Source: an uncultured delta proteobacterium
Lineage (GTDB): Bacteria; Desulfobacterota; Binatia; UBA9968
DNA: 64,000 bases
Direction of reading: 5' to 3'
Assembly (NCBI GenBank): GCA_963847445.1
Contig: CAWJZV010000030.1
Location: forward strand, 512,001-576,000
Shown here: positions 41,572 through 54,496 of the stretch, piece after piece
Layout: each line of letters starts with the position of its first letter
How positions within the stretch are numbered: position 1 is the first letter of the stretch
The notes under the pieces: generated by a model
Database searches by the model: none
Seen by the model: only the letters and a program-made list of their open reading frames with translations
What the model was told of the DNA's origin: nothing
Program-made: the position numbers and the translations under genes

Positions 41572-42558
41572 CTATCTTCTTCCCAACTCCTTTAAAGCTT
41601 CCTCAACGTAGCTGTGATCGAGATACTTCGCCGGCTGCGGCAGCGCGCCGCCTTTGAACTGGCCGCGCTCGGCGGCGATTTGGATCACCGTGCGCACGCC
41701 TTCGACGTTGGTCTCGGCGTTGGGAGGCCAGATCTTGTTCTCGGTGTAGTACTCCCAGCCGCGGCGCGCTTGCTCGGGCTTTAACTGCATTTCTTTCGAC
41801 AAGAAACTCGATGGCCGGTTCCTTATTGTCGTGCATCCAGCGCATGGCGTGAATCAAACCTTTCATGAAGCGCACGGTCAAGCCGACGGTTCTTCTCCGC
41901 CCAGGCCCGTTTCACCGTGACTTCGGTCAACTGATAGTTGGGAATGAAGTCGACGACTTTAGCCGATCACCGGATAGCCCATCTGCGCGGCTTCGTAATT
42001 GAGCGGCACGGCGATGATCGCCGCGTCGATCCGTCCCGCGGTCAACGATAAGAACGCCTGCGCCGATCCGCCGACGTTGATCAGATTATAATCGCGCGGA
42101 TATTCCAGCCCCTTCGCCGCGCAAGACCCGGCGCAGCACGAACGCCGTGCCGGAAGTCAGCCCCGACGAGCCGAGATTGGCGCCGCGCAGATCTTCGAAG
42201 GACTTAAATTTCTTGCCGCCCATGATGTAGTGCGTCAGGCCATTGATGACGCCGCCGATGGATAACAAGATCCGCGCCCTGCTCCACCGCCGCGATCACC
42301 GTATCGGCGCCGCCGCTGGAGACGTTCACCGAGCCGCCGACCAGCGCCATGGTCGACTTGTCGGCCCCAGCCACCAGCACGAGCTGGACATCCAAGTTTT
42401 GCTTGTCGAAAAAGCCCAGCTTGCTCGGCCACCCAGAGCGGACTATAGCCCAGTGTCTTCGACGACGCGCTGATCGGGAACTTGACTTTCTCCTGCGCCA
42501 AAGCATTTGCCGAAACAAAAAACAGAGCGAGTGACAATTGCAGCAGAAACTTCGTCAT
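41572..42558 (-). CDS. ABC substrate-binding protein, NMT1/TauA-like, multiply frameshifted
   Basis: Signal peptide, KVKFPISASSKTLGY, DLRGANLG, YPRDYNL, FMKGLIHA across ORFs. Confidence 0.8.
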
Positions 42559-42616
42559 TGAAAACCGCCCTCCGAAAACTCTTGAACCTTGAACCCTTGA
42601 ACCATTGAACGTAGGT

Positions 42617-43700
42617 CTATTTCCTCGCCTCTTCAACATACTTGCGCACGAAATCGACGACCTCCGCGGGCGCTCGCAGAACTTTTTCGCGCAGCTTTTC
42701 GCCATCCTCACCGATCTCAAAGCGCGGCTGAAAGCGCATGACTTTTTTCGCTTCGGCGATGAACTCTTCATCCTTGGCGAGCTGGCTGAATGCCTGGCGC
42801 ATGGTCAGCACCGCTTCCATGGGCGAGCCTGGCGGCAAGAGCGCCACACGGTTAAGATTCTGACTCGCCATGTTGGCAGCCTTGAGCGCTTCATATTTGA
42901 TCCCGCTCGGCGCTTTGCCGTGGATTTGCGTATAAACCTCGGTAAAAGAGCTGAGTTCGGGATAATCGGGGCTCTTACGCATGGTGCCATCGGGTGCGAT
43001 CACGTCGTGATAATAAAGCGGCGTCACCATGCCGGTCTTGACCATCTGCGGCTCGACCACGCCGCGGTACCCCGGAATGTTTTCGTCATGGTACTGAATC
43101 TCATTGCGCTGCACCGCCAGCCGCGCGTCGTTGCTGCTGTTGTAGCCGGTGACGTAATCGTACTTGACGCCAAGCACGTCGAAGGCCAAGCGAAAGCGCA
43201 AGTCCTTATTGCTATCGAAGGACAAACCGCCGGCGCGAAAACGGTCGGCCTTGATGATATCGGTCGGTTTCTTAATACCCGGCGGCGACATCCGAGCGAA
43301 TGTAGCACACCGTGACACCCGAGACTGACGCGATATAAGGCACCTTCATCAGATCGACGCGCAAGGTCGAGCTCTTCATCATCTGGTGATTATACGGCCC
43401 GGTAAAGTAACCCAAGGTCAACGCATCGGGCTTGGCTCGTTCACCGAGAAAGTTGATGCCGGTGACACCGCCGCCACCGGACATGTTCTGCACGACGATG
43501 GTCGGACTACCGGGAATGAAGCGCGCCAAGTGCCGCGCGACGATACGGCCTTCGATATCGGTCGGACCGCCGGCGCTGAAGTTGATGAAAAAAATAACCG
43601 TCTTGCCCTGATAAAAGGGCCGCTCCGCCGCTTGAGCTGTCGACGTTACGAGCATCGCGACCAACGCGAACAGGGGAAAACTACCTGCAATCCGTTTCAT
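42617..43700 (-). CDS. TctC/Bug-like substrate-binding protein, frameshifted
   Basis: FYQGKTV..INFSAGGPTDIEGR, IVVQNMSGGGG, VTGY...ARLAVQRNE. Confidence 0.85.
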
Positions 43701-43718
43701 TTAGCTACCTCCTTCAGG

Positions 43719-44455
43719 TCAACGCCCAGCCAGTTCCTTAAGCGCTTCTTTTTGAAAACTCTGATCGATATACTTGCTCCCGCTCGGCGCCGCTCCCTTT
43801 GACTGCGACGCTTCCCAATAGATCTGCGTCGCCACATTCATGCCCTCGATATTCACGCTGGCGTCGATGGGCCAAATCTTATGCTCGACGTAATACTCCC
43901 AGCCGCGCCGGGCGTAATCCGGCGTCATGTCCAACTCCTTCGCCATAAACGCCACCGCCGCTTCCTTGTTGGCATAAAACCAGCGGTGCACCGAGATCAT
44001 CGCGCGCATGAAGCGCACCATCAACGGCCGATTCTTCTCCGCCACCGGGCGCGACACCGTGAACGCGCCGAACTGGTAGCTCGGGATAACGTCGACGATC
44101 CGACCGACGCCGTGAAAACCCTGATCGGCGGCGATAAAGTTCAACGGCACCCCCAGCGCCGCCGCCTGCACCTGCCCCGCCGCCAGCGCCGCCAAGGTCG
44201 GCCCGGCGCTGCCGGTGGCGAGGATCTGATAGTCGCGGCCAAATTCAAGCCTTTGGCTTTCATATAACGGCGCAGGGCAAAGCCCAAGCCGGAGGTCGCG
44301 CTGGTAGCGCCGATGATCTTACCGCGTAAGTCGTTGAGCGTTTGGAATTGTTTGGTCGTCATGATGACCTGCGACAAGCCATTGATGGTGCCGCCGATCA
44401 TCGACAGATCGACGCCGCGCTCCACCGCGGCGATATGCGCGTCCGAGCCGGCCGA
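43719..44455 (-). pseudogene. NMT1/TauA-like substrate-binding protein lacking its N-terminus
   Basis: IAAVERGVDL..IGGTINGL, DLRGKIIG, FMRAMI; upstream sequence unrelated and no signal peptide. Confidence 0.7.
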
Positions 44456-44973
44456 CAGACCGAACCGCTGCCGGAAGAGCGGCGAATCCACTCGGCTCCA
44501 ATTCGGCAGCCAGCTTAGCGACGCACTCGCATAGAGACTCTGCTGATGCGTACGGAAACTTGACCGAGCGGAACCTGGTAAAACGAACACCAGCAGAACC
44601 GTGTCGGATTGCTCCTGATAGATCACTCATCCGATCCATGATCCCACCATCCGCTCACGCGCGAGTTAGCCGACGGCCAATCATGTTCTCGTGCTCCATA
44701 GCGTCTCGACGTACTCTGTGCTGCGTAATGCGCTCGCCAGTGCGAAATCTTGCACCTCTCAGTCTATTGAGGAGTACATCGGGAACGGTTTTGTCGTCAA
44801 GCTAGATCGGCAAAGAGTCATCGGCTCAGTACGCTCGAAATGACAGCAATCTTCGCTGTCATCGCGAGGAGCCTCGCTTTCAGGCAGTATTCTCCTGACC
44901 TTCGTGGCCTTCGCGCCCTTCGTGGTGCAAGATGGCCTCGCGGCTAATTTCTCAATTGAGCGCGAGGACACCC

Positions 44974-46017
44974 ATGGCTCGGATAAAATTTGGCGTTGGT
45001 CTCTACGGCACCGATAGCGCGCAGGAAGCGGTGCAGCTGGCACGCACAGCCGACGCTTACGGCACGGAGAACGCCCGCGAAGCCGTCGCAGCTCGCGCGC
45101 AGCAGCCGAAGCGCTCGGCTACGACCGATTCTGGATCGGCGATTCGCACATGATCTGGCGCGAGCTCTACGTCCTCGCCGGCGCCATCGCCATGGCGACG
45201 AACAAAATCGCCATCGGCCCCGGCGTCACCCACCCGGCGGTACGCCATCTCACCGTCACCGCCAGCGCCATGGCGACCTTGCACGAGTTGACCGCAGGCC
45301 GTGTGTTTCTCGGCTTCGGCGTCGGCGCCAGCGGACCAGCCAACGTCGGCATGCAACCGGTGACGATGACTGAATTCGAAGCCAACATACGTAAACTTGA
45401 AGCGACTCCTGCGCGGCGAGCCGGTGCAATTCAATGGCACGGAAGCCCAATGTCTTTTTCCCTGCGGCGAGATTCCCATCTACATCGGCACCCGCGCGCC
45501 GCAGGTCATGAAAATGGCTTGCCGCCTGACGGCGGGATTCATCCACGCCGGCGCGTCCGATTCGCTAATCGCATTGGTGCAGCAGATCCAAAGCTATGCC
45601 CAAGCGGCGGGGAGAAAGTCTGGAGAAGTCGAGTTCATCTATCGTTTGCCCTGCGCCATCGACGATGACGCGGCGCAGGCCAGGAGCGCCGTCAAAGGGG
45701 TCGTGGCGCGCACCGCCATGACGCAATTGGGCCGTCTGTACGACCGCGGCCAGCTTGCTGATGAGGAAGACCGCAGCGCCATTGAACGCATGCGCCAAGA
45801 ATACGACACCTACCATCACATGGACGCCGCGCACGGCTATCTGGTTCGCGATCAATGGCTCGAGCGCTTTGCTTTAGCCGGCAGGGCAGATCACCTCAGA
45901 GCGAAAGTGCAGGAGTTCCTCGCCGCCGGCATCGATGAGCTGACGATCATCCCGTGCGGCCCGTCGAAGCAGACGACCCTCGAAAGATTTGCTCGCGATA
46001 TCATGGATAAAATCTGA
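44974..46017 (+). CDS. LLM-class (luciferase-like/Mer-like) oxidoreductase, frameshifted, with N-terminal tandem duplication
   Basis: FWIGDSH, IGPGVTHP..RH, GRVFLGFGVG, IPIYIG, GIDELTI. Confidence 0.85.
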
Positions 46018-46096
46018 CTAAGATCGATGTCTTTCTCGCCTTCGTCGGTGAACATTCTTTATATCGTGGCGCCGATCATCTCTTACCTGGCGGCTC

Positions 46097-47974
46097 TCAA
46101 TTCACGGCATCGACGATCGCTCGATAGATATCCTCCGCCGCCCGCTCCTTGGTCACGCAAGCATAGGCGCCGGCATTTTTCATCGCCGCTTGGACGGACG
46201 GATCGCTGGCGAACGATAGCCCGATGACGATCACGCCGGGCTGGTCCTGAACGATGCGCCGGGTCGCCTCGATGCCATTCATCCCCGGCATGTTAACGTC
46301 CATGACGATGATGTCGGGCTTAAGCTCATGGGCCATGGCGATCGCCTCCCGGCCACCTTTGGCTTCGCCGACGACCCGGATGTCTTGGTGGTCTTCGAGA
46401 AGCCAGCGCAGTCCCTGGCGCACCATCTCGTGATCGTCCACCAAGGCGATGCGCAGATGCTTCTTCGCCGTGACCCTAAACTCTTCGAGCGCGGGGGGCT
46501 CAAACGAAGCTGCCGGCAACGCCGGCACGACGGCCGCCGGCAAGATCACTTTCACTGAAGTTCCTTGCCCCGGCGCCGATTCGACGACCAGCCGACCTTG
46601 ATGAAGTTCCACACGTTGGCGCATGCCGAACAGTCCGAACTTCTCGCTTCCGGCGGCCCGACTTTCGACGTTCGCTAGATCGAAGCCCCGGCCTCGGTCC
46701 GCGACCTCAAGCGTCAGCTCGCCATTTTTCAACTCATAGGAAACCTTCGCTTCTTTGGTCGCGCCATGCTTGACCACGTTCCATAAGAGTTCACGGGCGC
46801 ACTGAAAGGCCAAAATCGCCCGCGCCTCGTCCAGCACAAAGCCGGCGGGATCGCCGACGACCTCGACCCGCAACTCATGCTGCTGCTCCATCTGTTCGCC
46901 GAGCCAAGCGAGCGCCGCCGGCAGGCCGAGATCGTAGAGCACCTGCGGGCTCAGCTGCGCTATGAGCGTGCGCGTGAAGGCGATCGAATCGTCCAGCGAT
47001 TGCCGGGCGTCGGTGAAGGCATTCTTGGCGTTGTCCGACACGGCGAATTTTTCGACGCGGCCGAGATTGATTTGGCTGACAGCCAGCAATTGCCCCAGGT
47101 AGTCGTTCAACTCGGTCGCCAACCGATGCCGCTCCTGCTCTTCGGCGCGCGTCAATTGCTCGACGAAAGCACGGAGTTTCTTTTGCGAATCGCCCAGCGC
47201 TCGGGTCCGTTGGACCACCCGTTGATCGAGATCGGCGTTGAGCTGGCGCAACTCGCGCGTGCGCTGGTCCACCGTCTGCTCCAACATCGCATTGAGGCTG
47301 GTCAGCCGCTCCTTGCTATCGCGCAATTGAGCCTCGCCCGTGAGCACCGCGCGCACCACCGCCATACTGATCGTCAGCGCGATCGCCAGTCCAAGAAATA
47401 GCAGAGACAACGTAACGATCTCGGTTTTCTGGAGGCTGCCATGAGTTTCGGCACTGAGCGGGTTAAAGATGATTTCCGCGTCCGGCTGCAACTCGGTGTC
47501 CAAAAACCGCTCCAGCCTTAAAACCTGTTCCGCAAAGCGCTCCGACTGGTCGCTATTCGCCGTGCGCGCCACCATCAGCGCCTCGCCCAACGCGTAAACC
47601 TCCTGCCAGCCGGTGCGCAGCCGCCCCGCCAGTTCCCGTTGCCGCGCGGTATCGGCCAGCGCCGTATACCCATCGAGCTGCAGCGTCACGTCCGCTGCGT
47701 CTTTGGCCGCCCCTTGGCGCGCCGCATCGAAACCGCTCAGGTATCGCCATACGTTCAACGAATACCCGATGATATTGATTTCCAATTCGTGCCCCGCCGA
47801 GGGGCGAGGCTTGGCGGCGTTATGATCTTTCTGGAAACTCGTCGCCATCGATTGAAGCCGGACAAAATCGATGACGCCAATCAACACCAGGATCGATGTC
47901 AGCCCGCCACAGCCGAGCCAGAGCAGCCATCGCGCGCCGAGAGGGCGCAACCGCGGTATAAGCTTCATGGCCAT
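46097..47974 (-). CDS. Hybrid sensor kinase (2 TM, HisKA_3, HATPase, REC), copy with His->Asn at the H-box
   Basis: [18 protein letters not shown]; ELLWNVVKH; DRGRGFD; FGLFGMRQR; [15 protein letters not shown]. Confidence 0.92.
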   Translation of the reverse strand: MAMKLIPRLRPLGARWLLWLGCGGLTSILVLIGVIDFVRLQSMATSFQKDHNAAKPRPSAGHELEINIIGYSLNVWRYLSGFDAARQGAAKDAADVTLQLDGYTALADTARQRELAGRLRTGWQEVYALGEALMVARTANSDQSERFAEQVLRLERFLDTELQPDAEIIFNPLSAETHGSLQKTEIVTLSLLFLGLAIALTISMAVVRAVLTGEAQLRDSKERLTSLNAMLEQTVDQRTRELRQLNADLDQRVVQRTRALGDSQKKLRAFVEQLTRAEEQERHRLATELNDYLGQLLAVSQINLGRVEKFAVSDNAKNAFTDARQSLDDSIAFTRTLIAQLSPQVLYDLGLPAALAWLGEQMEQQHELRVEVVGDPAGFVLDEARAILAFQCARELLWNVVKHGATKEAKVSYELKNGELTLEVADRGRGFDLANVESRAAGSEKFGLFGMRQRVELHQGRLVVESAPGQGTSVKVILPAAVVPALPAASFEPPALEEFRVTAKKHLRIALVDDHEMVRQGLRWLLEDHQDIRVVGEAKGGREAIAMAHELKPDIIVMDVNMPGMNGIEATRRIVQDQPGVIVIGLSFASDPSVQAAMKNAGAYACVTKERAAEDIYRAIVDAVN

Positions 47975-47983
47975 TCCTTCATG

Positions 47984-48516
47984 CTAGATTAAGGCCGGAA
48001 GAACATCTCGCGTACTGGATCTTGTTCACCTTGCCCACTTCCGTGTGTGGCAGCGACTCGACGAAATCCACCGCCTTCGGCACTTTGTACGCCGACAGCC
48101 GCTCTTTGCAAAAACTCAGCAACTCGACACTGTCGAGTTTACCACCGGGCTTGAGCACGATCACCGCTTTCAATGCCTCTCCCCACTGCGGATCGGGCAC
48201 GCCGATGACGGCGGCTTCGAGAATATCGGGGTGCCGATAAATCACGCTCTCGATCTCCAGCGGATAGATGCTCATGCCGCCACTTTTAACCATATCTTTC
48301 TTGCGCCCCCAAAACAATATAGATAACCTTCCTCATCGAAGTAGCTAGAACCAGCCGTCGTGTCGGGATTTTTGTAAAAGCCATGGGCCACCAGCGGACT
48401 TTGGCTGATGATCTCGCCGATATCGCGGAATGAAAGACCAAGGTCCGCTGGGTAGCCAGGCAATCTTTGGAAAAACCCGTCGCCGTCGAGCAAACCGCTG
48501 TAGTTTTGTTCGTCAT
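47984..48516 (-). pseudogene. Eroded, internally deleted copy of the acyl-CoA synthetase
   Basis: Segments match 50745-51090, 51130-51195, 51690-51740 and 51814-51835. Confidence 0.88.
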
Positions 48517-48519
48517 GGC

Positions 48520-48795
48520 CTCCTGAGAAAATACCTGTTAGGGGAGGGTCTCCATAACGAAGATATCACCTGGGTTCCGTCATGCCGCGAGAGCGTCACC
48601 CCGGTGAACACCGGGCGGTCCATCCCCATCGCCCAGAATCTGGATACCGTTCTTCAACGGTATGACGGACGCTGTCCGTCACCTGGATTCCCGCGTGCGC
48701 GGGAATCACGGGTCAAGCAGACCGCCTCTGGAGGAATCCCAGCCATTTTCATATTCTCTAGACGAGCGTAAGCTCATGGACACTTCGTGGCTGGA
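48520..48795. repeat. Composite nested repeat element, diverged copy 3
   Basis: GAAAATACCTGTTAGGGG left end and ATTTTCATA..GAGCGTAAGCTCATGG right end match 22587-22789; internal TGGATACCGTTCTTCAACGGTATGACGGA identical to about 18884-18912. Confidence 0.75.
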
Positions 48796-48801
48796 AACTC
48801 C

Positions 48802-50710
48802 TTACAGGGCGCCGCCGATGCGCCCAGGTGGCGGCCGTTTATACACGGCATCGACGATCGCTCGATAGATATCCTCCGCCGCCCGCTCCTTGGTCACGCA
48901 AGCATAGGCGCCGGCATTTTTCATCGCCGCTTGGACGGACCGATCGCTGGCGGCAAACGATAGCCCGATGACGATCACGCCGGGCTGGTCCTGAACGATG
49001 CGCCGGGTCGCCTCGATGCCATTCAGCCCCGGCATGTTAACGTCCATGACGATGACGTCGGGCTTAAGCTCATGGGCCATGGCGATCGCCTCCCGGCCAT
49101 CTTTGGCTTCGCCGACGACCCGGATGTCTTGGTGGTCTTCGAGGAGCCAGCGCAGTCCCTGGCGCACCATCTCGTGATCGTCCACCAAGGCGATGCGCAG
49201 AGGCTTCTTCGCCGCGACCCTAAACTCTTCGAGCGCGGGCTCAAACGAAGCTGCCGGCGACGCCGGCACGACGGCCGCCGGCAAGATCACTTTCACTGAA
49301 GTTCCTTGCCCCGGCGCCGATTCGACGACCAGCCGACCTTGATGAAGTTCCACACGTTGGCGCATGCCGAACAGTACCGAACTTCTCGCTTCCGGCGGCC
49401 TGGCTTTCGACGTTCGCTAGATCGAAGCCCCGGCCTCGGTCCGCGACCTCAAGCGTCAACTCGCCATTTTTCAACTCATAGGAAACCTTCGCTTCTTTGG
49501 TCGCGCCATGCTTGACCACGTTCCATAAGAGTTCACGGGCGCACTGAAAGGCCAAAATCGCCCGCGCCTCGTCCAGCACAAAGCCGGCGGGATCGCCGAC
49601 GACCTCGACCCGCAACTCATGCTGCTGCTCCATCTGTTCGCCGAGCCAAACGAGCGCCGCCGGCAGGCCGAGATCGTAGAGCACCTGCGGGCTCAGCTGC
49701 GCTATGAGCGTGCGCGTGTAGGCGATCGAATCGTCCAGCGATTGCCGGACGTCGGCGAACGCATTCTTGGCATCCTCCGACACGGCGAATTTTTCGGCGC
49801 GGCCGAGATTGATTTGACTGAGAGCCAGCAATTGCCCCAGGTAGTCGTGCAACTCGGTCGCCAACCGATGCCGCTCCTGCTCTTCGGCGTGGGTCAATTG
49901 CTCGACGAAAGCACGGAGCTTCTTTTGCGAATCGCCCAGCGCTCGGGTCCGTTGGACGACCCGTTGATCGAGATCGGCGTTGAGCTCGCGCAACTCGCGC
50001 GTGCGCTCGTCCACCTTCTGCTCCAACGTCGTATTGAGACGGGTCAGCCGCTCCTCGCTGTCGCGCAGTCGAGCCTCGCCCGCGAGCACCGCGCGCACCA
50101 CCGCCCAGCCCGTTAACAGCGCGATCGTCAGTCCAAGAAACAGCAGAGACAACGTAACGATCTCGGATTTCTGAAGGCTGCCATGAGTTTCGGCGCTGAG
50201 CGCGTTAAAGATGATTTCCGCGTCCGGCTGCAACTCGGTGTCCAAAAACCGCTCCAGCCGTACAGCTGTTTCCGTGAACCGTGCCACCTCCTCGCGATTC
50301 GCCGTGCGCGCCGCCATCAGCGCCTCGCCCAACGCGTAAACCTCCTGCCAGCCGGTGCGCAGCCGCCCCGCCAGTTCCCGTTGCCGCGCGGTTTCGGCCA
50401 GCGCCGTATACCCATCGAGCTGCAGCGCCAAATTCGCTGCATACTTGGCCGTCCTTTGGCGCGCGAGATCGTCGCCCCTGAGGTATTGATGCACGCCCAA
50501 GGAATAGTCGAGGACGTTAAGTTCCAATTCCCGCGCGGTCGCGCTGCGCGGTTTCGCGACCTTAGTTTGTTTTTCGAAACTCGAAGCGACCGAGCGAACT
50601 CGAACGATAGCGATGATGCCGATCGACACCATTACCAATGTCAGCACGCCAAAGCCGAGCCAGAGCAGCCGCCTTGTGCCGAAAACGCGTGACCAAAGTT
50701 TCGGATTCAA
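48802..50710 (-). CDS. Hybrid sensor kinase (HisKA_3-HATPase-REC), copy with intact His, frameshift near 49375
   Basis: [18 protein letters not shown]; near-identical to 46097-47974 in the cytoplasmic part. Confidence 0.9.
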
Positions 50711-50730
50711 GCAAACTCCATGAGTTTAGA

Positions 50731-52255
50731 TTACAGCCGCAAGAACATCTCGCGTACCTGGATCTTATTCACCTTGCCTACTTCCGTGTGTGGCAGCGAC
50801 TCGACGAAACTCCACCGACTTCGGCACTTTGTATGCCGACAAACGCTCTTTGCAAAAACTCAGTAACTCGACACCGTCCAGTTTAGCACCGGGCTTGAGC
50901 ACGATCACCGCTTTCAATGCCTCGCCCCACTGCGGATCGGGCACGCCGATGACGGCGGCTTCGAGAATATCGGGGTGACTGTAAATCACGCTCTCGATCT
51001 CCAGCGGATAGATGCTGATGCCGCCGCTCTTCACCATGTCCTTCTTGCGGCCCGACACGAACAGATAGCCTTCTTCGTCGAAGTAGCCGAGATCGCCGGT
51101 GTAAAACCAGCCGTCGCGAAATGAAGCGTCGGTGGCCTCGGGATTTTTGTAATAGCCGTGAGTCGCCAGCGGACTCTGGCAGATGATCTCGCCGACCTCG
51201 CCGACTTGCACCGGCTTGCCGGCATCGTCGACGATGCGCAGATCGACGCACCACACCGGCCGGCCCGCTGAATTCGCTTTTTCTGCCGCATCACCGGGTT
51301 TCGAAATCGCCATCTGGCCCGAATCGGTCGATGCATAGGTCCGATAGATATTCGGCGTGAGATTTTTCTTGAGCGATTCAAGCACGGCGGGATGAACCTT
51401 GCCGCCGGTGATCGCCAAACAGCGCAGCGAGCTGGTGTCGTATTTCTTCGACTCCAGAACATGCAGCATGCGCTCGCACATCACCGGCACCGCGCCGACG
51501 TAGGTGACCTTTTCACGCTCGATGGTCTTGTAGTACTTCGTCGGCGTCAAAGCGCTCGTGCAAAATCATCGTGCCGCCGAAGTAGATAATCCCCAGGGTA
51601 AACGACCGCCCGGCGTTGAAATAAATCGGCGACGACAAAATCGCCTTGTCGTGAGCGCCAAGCCCCTTTTCGATGGCGTTGTTGATGCAGTGAAAGACAA
51701 ACGTCCGCTGCGTCGCCAGGCAACCTTTGGGAAAACCCGTGGTACCCGAAGTAAGCAAAACGGCAAACGGATCGTCTTCGCTGACCTCGAACCTCCGGCT
51801 CGTCGGCACTCTGGCCGTCGAGCAAGCCGCTGTAGCTCAAGTCAGCCGAAAGCGAAATCGCTTTGATCGAACTAAGATCTTTCAACTCCTTGGCCTTGGC
51901 GAACTCGTCGACGCAGTCCTCCTGGAGAATGATGAAACGCGGCTCCAGAGCGGCGACTACGGACACCAGCTCCAGCGCCTTCCATTTCACATCGAGCGGG
52001 ATCGCCAGGGCGCCGATCTTGGCGGTGGCGAAAACAATCTCCAAGATGCTCGATCCGATTGCCCACCGACAACGCCACGCCGTCGCCGCGCTTCACGCCG
52101 ATGGCCAGCAAGCCGTTGGCGAGCCGGTTCACCCGCGCATTGAGCTCGCCATAGGTCGTTTGGCGAAACTTATCCCGCGCCGCGATCTTGAGCGGAAACT
52201 TCCAGGCGTTCCGGCGCAAGCCGTCGCCCATTAACATTGGAATACTTGTGCCCAT
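50731..52255 (-). CDS. Acyl-CoA synthetase (AMP-forming), frameshifted
   Basis: TSGTTGFPKG, YASTD, GWFYTGDLG, GRKKDMVKSGG, AYKVPK, GKV. Confidence 0.92.
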
Positions 52256-52257
52256 AG

Positions 52258-52382
52258 TTCGATTTTGGATTTTCGATTTTGGATTTTGGATTAACAGATA
52301 AGAATTCCAGGTGCGCAGAAATACCGCAATAGCCTCGACATTCCGACAATCCAAAATCCAAAACCTCTGAAAATCCAAAATT
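52258..52382. repeat. Inverted TTTTGGA/AATCCAA microsatellite element
   Basis: GATTTTGGATTTTCGATTTTGGATTTTGGATT...AATCCAAAATCCAAA; similar at 54385-54495 and 60255-60288. Confidence 0.85.
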
Positions 52383-52383
52383 C

Positions 52384-53202
52384 CTACCGTCCTTTCCAGT
52401 TCGCCGGCCGCTTTTCGACGAACGCCTTGGACCCTTCCTTGGCGTCTTCGGTCTGCATCACCATGCTTTGTAAGTCGGACTCGTAGCGAAGGCCTTGCTC
52501 GAATGGCATGTCGAGCCCTTTGTAGATCGCTTCCTTGATGTAGCGCAGCGCCAGCGGCGCGCCTTTGAGAAACGACTGCGCCATTTTTTCGCCGGCGGGG
52601 ATCAACTGATCGTAGGGCACCACTTGATTGACCAGGCCGATGCGGTGGCACTCGGCGGCGTCGTACAATTCGCCGGAAAGGCAAATTTCCAGCGCTTTGG
52701 GCAAGCCCGACCAGCCGCGGCAGCCGCTGGGTGCCGCCGGAACCGGCCATGAAACCGAGCCGCACTTCGCTGACGCCGAGCCGCGCGCCTTCGGCGGCGA
52801 TGCGAATGTCGCAAGCCATGCTCATCAGCAATCCCGTGCCGACGGTGTAGCCATGCAGCAACGCGATGGTGATCTTGTTCATCGCCGCGATCGCCGGCGC
52901 CGGCGTGCCGGGGATCGCATTGTATTTCTCCTGGCGCGCCACCAGCGGCGACGGCACCGGTCCAGCCGCCTCGGCGGCATTGGCCGCGCCCGGTCTTTGA
53001 TATCGCCGCCGACCGAAAACGCCCGCTCGCCGTTGGCCTTGAAGATCACGACCTGAACATTCGGATCGTCCTCGGCGGCGCGGCAATAGCCGACAATCGC
53101 CTTCACCATGTCGCGGTTCACCGCGTTCAACGACTCCGGCCGATTGAGCGTGATCCACGCGATCTTGTCTTTAACTTCGTAGAGAATTTTTTCGTCTGCC
53201 AT
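52384..53202 (-). CDS. Enoyl-CoA hydratase/isomerase, frameshifted
   Basis: LNRPESLNA, AFSVGGDIK, ACDIRIAAE, SEVRLG..GSGGTQRLPR, EDAKEG. Confidence 0.9.
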
Positions 53203-53368
53203 TCTTACCTCCATTTTGGATTCTAGATTTCGGATTGTCGGCGAAGCCGACTGCGTGCGCCCTCCGAACGGGCGGACATTGGAGCGCGGACATTCTTGTC
53301 CGCGGTTAATCACGAGTTGGAAATCTCGCGCTCCCTTACTCCGCCCCTACCATTGCATCTTGCCTTCT

Positions 53369-54380
53369 TCACCTGATCACCTTATCCGCTCGATACAGCA
53401 GCGACTGCGGAATCGTCACGCCGATCTGCTTGGCGTCTTGAGATTGAATCACCAGCTCGAACTTCGTCGGCTGCTCCACCGGCAGGTCGGCAGGCTTGGC
53501 TCCTTTGAGGATTCTGTCCACGTAATATGCGACGCGCCGGTAGCTGTCCGCTTGGTCCGCCCCGTAGGACATGAGCCCACCGGCATCTACAGCATCCTCT
53601 GCTGGTGTACATCGACGGTAACCGGCTCTTTAACGCAAAGCCGACGATCCGTTTTTGATTAGCACCCATTAGCGCGTCCCGTGAGCACGTAGAGTCCATC
53701 CGGGCGCTGCTTGTTTAGCGCAGCGAATACCTTCTCAAAATCGTCCGCAGCTCGTACCTCCCAAGGCTGAATAGTCAACCCCAGCGCACGCGCCGCGACC
53801 GGGAGAACCTCTTTCAGTTCGAGTACACTGTTCGGAGTGGCCGGATCGTAGAGAACCGCGACACGGGCAAGTTTGGGAACGGCTTCTTTGAGCAGCTCCA
53901 GCCGCTTCCCGCCTAGCTCTCTGGCAAGGTTTGTAAGGCCGGTGACGTTGCCGCCGGGACGGGCAAGGCTTTCAATCAGGCCTGCCTCGACAGGATCGGC
54001 ACCCACCGCCCATCATAACGATGGGAATCGTCTTGGTCGCATTCATGGCCGCCCGGACTGGCATGGTCCCTCCTGCTACCACGATGATATCAACCTTGAG
54101 ACGCACCAACTCGGCGGCAAGCTCAGGGAACCGCTCGCGCTTCCCCTCCGCATATCGGTACTCGATGGCGATGTTCTGTCCTTCTATGTGGCCACGCTCG
54201 CGCAGAGCCAGCCGAATTGCCTCGGCACGGGTTCGGACTCACTAGCTGGATCGCGCGATCGATAGATAGCCGATCCGAGGGACCTTCTTCGGCTGCTGAG
54301 CCTCAACCCCGACCCCCAACACCACGAGCATCGACAACAAGAACGCCGAACCATTTTATTCTGCAGGGGTTTTGCCTCAC
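53369..54380 (-). CDS. ABC transporter substrate-binding protein (ABC_sub_bind type), multiply frameshifted
   Basis: AQQPKKVPRIGYL, SLARPGGNVTGLT, GKRLELLKE, YVDRILKGAKPADLPVEQPTKFEL. Confidence 0.85.
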
Positions 54381-54496
54381 CGCTTTTAGATTTTGGATTA
54401 CCGGAGCGAAACGCACGACAATTACAACGTCGGAAATATTCTTATGCACTGTCGGATTCCTCAATCCAAAATCCAAACTCGAAAATCCAAAATTCC

